NCBI RefSeq assembly: GCF_006345805.1
Contig: NC_043016.1
Coordinates: 11,222,001-11,286,000 of the forward strand
Origin: Octopus sinensis
Taxonomy: Eukaryota
Direction of reading: 5' to 3'
DNA length: 64,000 nucleotides
Below the pieces are notes generated by a model. The model was not told where the DNA came from. It ran no database searches and saw nothing but the letters and a program-made list of their open reading frames with translations. How positions within the stretch are numbered: the stretch's first letter is position 1; every line of letters starts with the position of its first letter. Shown here piece by piece: positions 62,220 through 64,000 of this stretch. The position numbers and the translations under genes were made by a program.

Positions 62220-63802
62220 AATTAACATTTCTTTTTCTTTATTTTCAGGTTTCCCAAGATCTTTCCACTCATAAATGAAGAATATGTTGCTATGAAGACA
62301 GTCGAAGCTACTCTGACCAATACATTATCTCTGATAATTCCACAGCATCTCACTGTCATTTTCTGGATAAAAACGTAAATATCATGGCACACATATGCAC
62401 ACACATTCACACACACACACATCTGTACATATGTATATACATACATACTTATACACATATATAGACACACACATATGTACATATATGTGTGTGTGTGTGT
62501 GTGTGTGTAATACTACCCCATGTTGACCCCAGCTTAGTCTGACTTCATCCTCTTTTGGTGATTACACTATTTTCCTTTCTATGATGTTCTACATTACTGA
62601 TCATATATGTAAATAAGTCTCCCTTTAACAAAATCATAAACCCCTTAGAAACTATAAAATCATACATACAATAACACCTGTAATATTACAACTTATAAAA
62701 TCTCATCTGTCTGAATCCCCTTAACTGCCCCTAACTACATCCATACCTTACCTATTACCTCCTCTTTTCAGGTTACCCTTATCTTTTCTCTGCCTCTAAT
62801 TCTAATCCCCTGTCTCTTCTTATTACTTTCTATGAATTTTTATTATTTTGTTTTCTTATTTTGATATCCTTACCTATTGACCTCTTATTCCTTGTAAGTT
62901 GTTATTTTTCTTATTTGTAAATAGATATTTTTCAGTTACTTAAGTCTATGCGAGCTATTTATACTATATCCTTATAAGCTTATAAATATTTGTGTATGTG
63001 TATATAAGCATATATGCACATATCTATCTCTGTGTGTATATGTATACATTTTTACACTTTTCTGATTCATGGCTTTAAAATTAATAGATAGCATGCATAT
63101 CTTTCCAGTTATTCCATATGTAAATGCTTTGAGCAGTCATTATAGAAACTACCTAATAATTAATTAATTAAGTACATGAATAGATATTAAACTGATTCTA
63201 TGTAATCTTCATTTTTAATGTTTATAATTGATATATACACTTTACCAATTTTGATTATGATATAACTTTTGAAATTCTTAAATTTTATTTTTATACAACA
63301 TAATAATTTTGTTCATAAACATTCCCCCAGAGTGCCCCTAAATAAAATTTCCTCTGTGTTAACATCTTAGGTCTCTTAGCGTCTTGTCCCTTTAACTGGT
63401 AATTAACATCATGATTTAAAGTCTACCCCTACCCTGCCTCTTTTTATAGACAGTTACTTATAGCCAACTGACTACTCCAACTATCTTATTTCCTCCCTGA
63501 TGAAAAGAGATGCATATGGTAATATTTATGACCATGAGCTGTCAACTCTTGTCCTTTATTCAAAATAGACACAGTCTTCTTAGTCTTAGATTTAGTAGTT
63601 GGTAAAGGGGTAAATGAATTAGAAATGAATTACAACCCTTGCAATCCCATGACCTTACTATGCTCTCATTCTTAGAAGTTGTAGTCTATTCTTAGCTACA
63701 ATAGCAACAACATGAATTTCTTCCATCTTCTTGCTCTGATAAAATATTAAAGAAAAATTATATTAATGTGTCCTACTTGTTAAAATTCCATTTATTCATT
63801 TG

Positions 63803-63888
63803 TGCAGCTGAAGATGGCACTGCATCTAAATTAATGTAATGATTGCATTGTTCAATTAAATGGAGCTGCTTGAAATGGTTGTACTGCA
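63803..63888 (+). ncRNA. Decayed hammerhead motif (pair with 58720)
   Basis: TGCAG-CTGAAGA-TGGCA..TGCT-T-GAAAT-GGTT-GT-A-CTGCA. Confidence 0.5.
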
Positions 63889-63922
63889 TCACTACTTAAT
63901 ATCCTCGCTTATTTTGGTTTTA

Positions 63923-64000
<78 letters not shown>
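63923..64000. repeat. (ATCT)n microsatellite
   Basis: Direct reading. Confidence 0.97.

Overview
AT-rich eukaryotic DNA made almost entirely of microsatellites and transposable elements. The repeat content (tRNA-derived SINEs, RTE and R4/Dong LINEs, (TATG)n/(TA)n/(TAA)n tracts) looks like a cephalopod, octopus-like genome; this is inference. No intact host gene is recognisable, and most ORFs in the track are microsatellite artefacts. Supported features: a decayed RTE-type LINE with C-terminal C2H2 fingers and a 47-bp target-site duplication (7849-11225), other RTE fragments with a VNTR-containing 3' UTR, and two R4/Dong RLE fragments inside (TAA)n. Also present are a Penelope-like RT/GIY-YIG remnant, Tc1/mariner/pogo/piggyBac/hAT/Helitron derivatives, five SINE groups, and a cluster of gag-like (RRM/CCHC) ORF1-only elements. 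The most striking unexplained signal is about 15 minimal type-I hammerhead ribozyme motifs (stem I-CUGANGA-stem II-GAAAC-palindromic loop-GUH-stem I). They belong to several sequence-distinct families, mostly sit in foldback elements next to (TA)n, and resemble Penelope/retrozyme-type non-autonomous retroelements. All alignments and folds were done by eye; coordinates of decayed elements are approximate.
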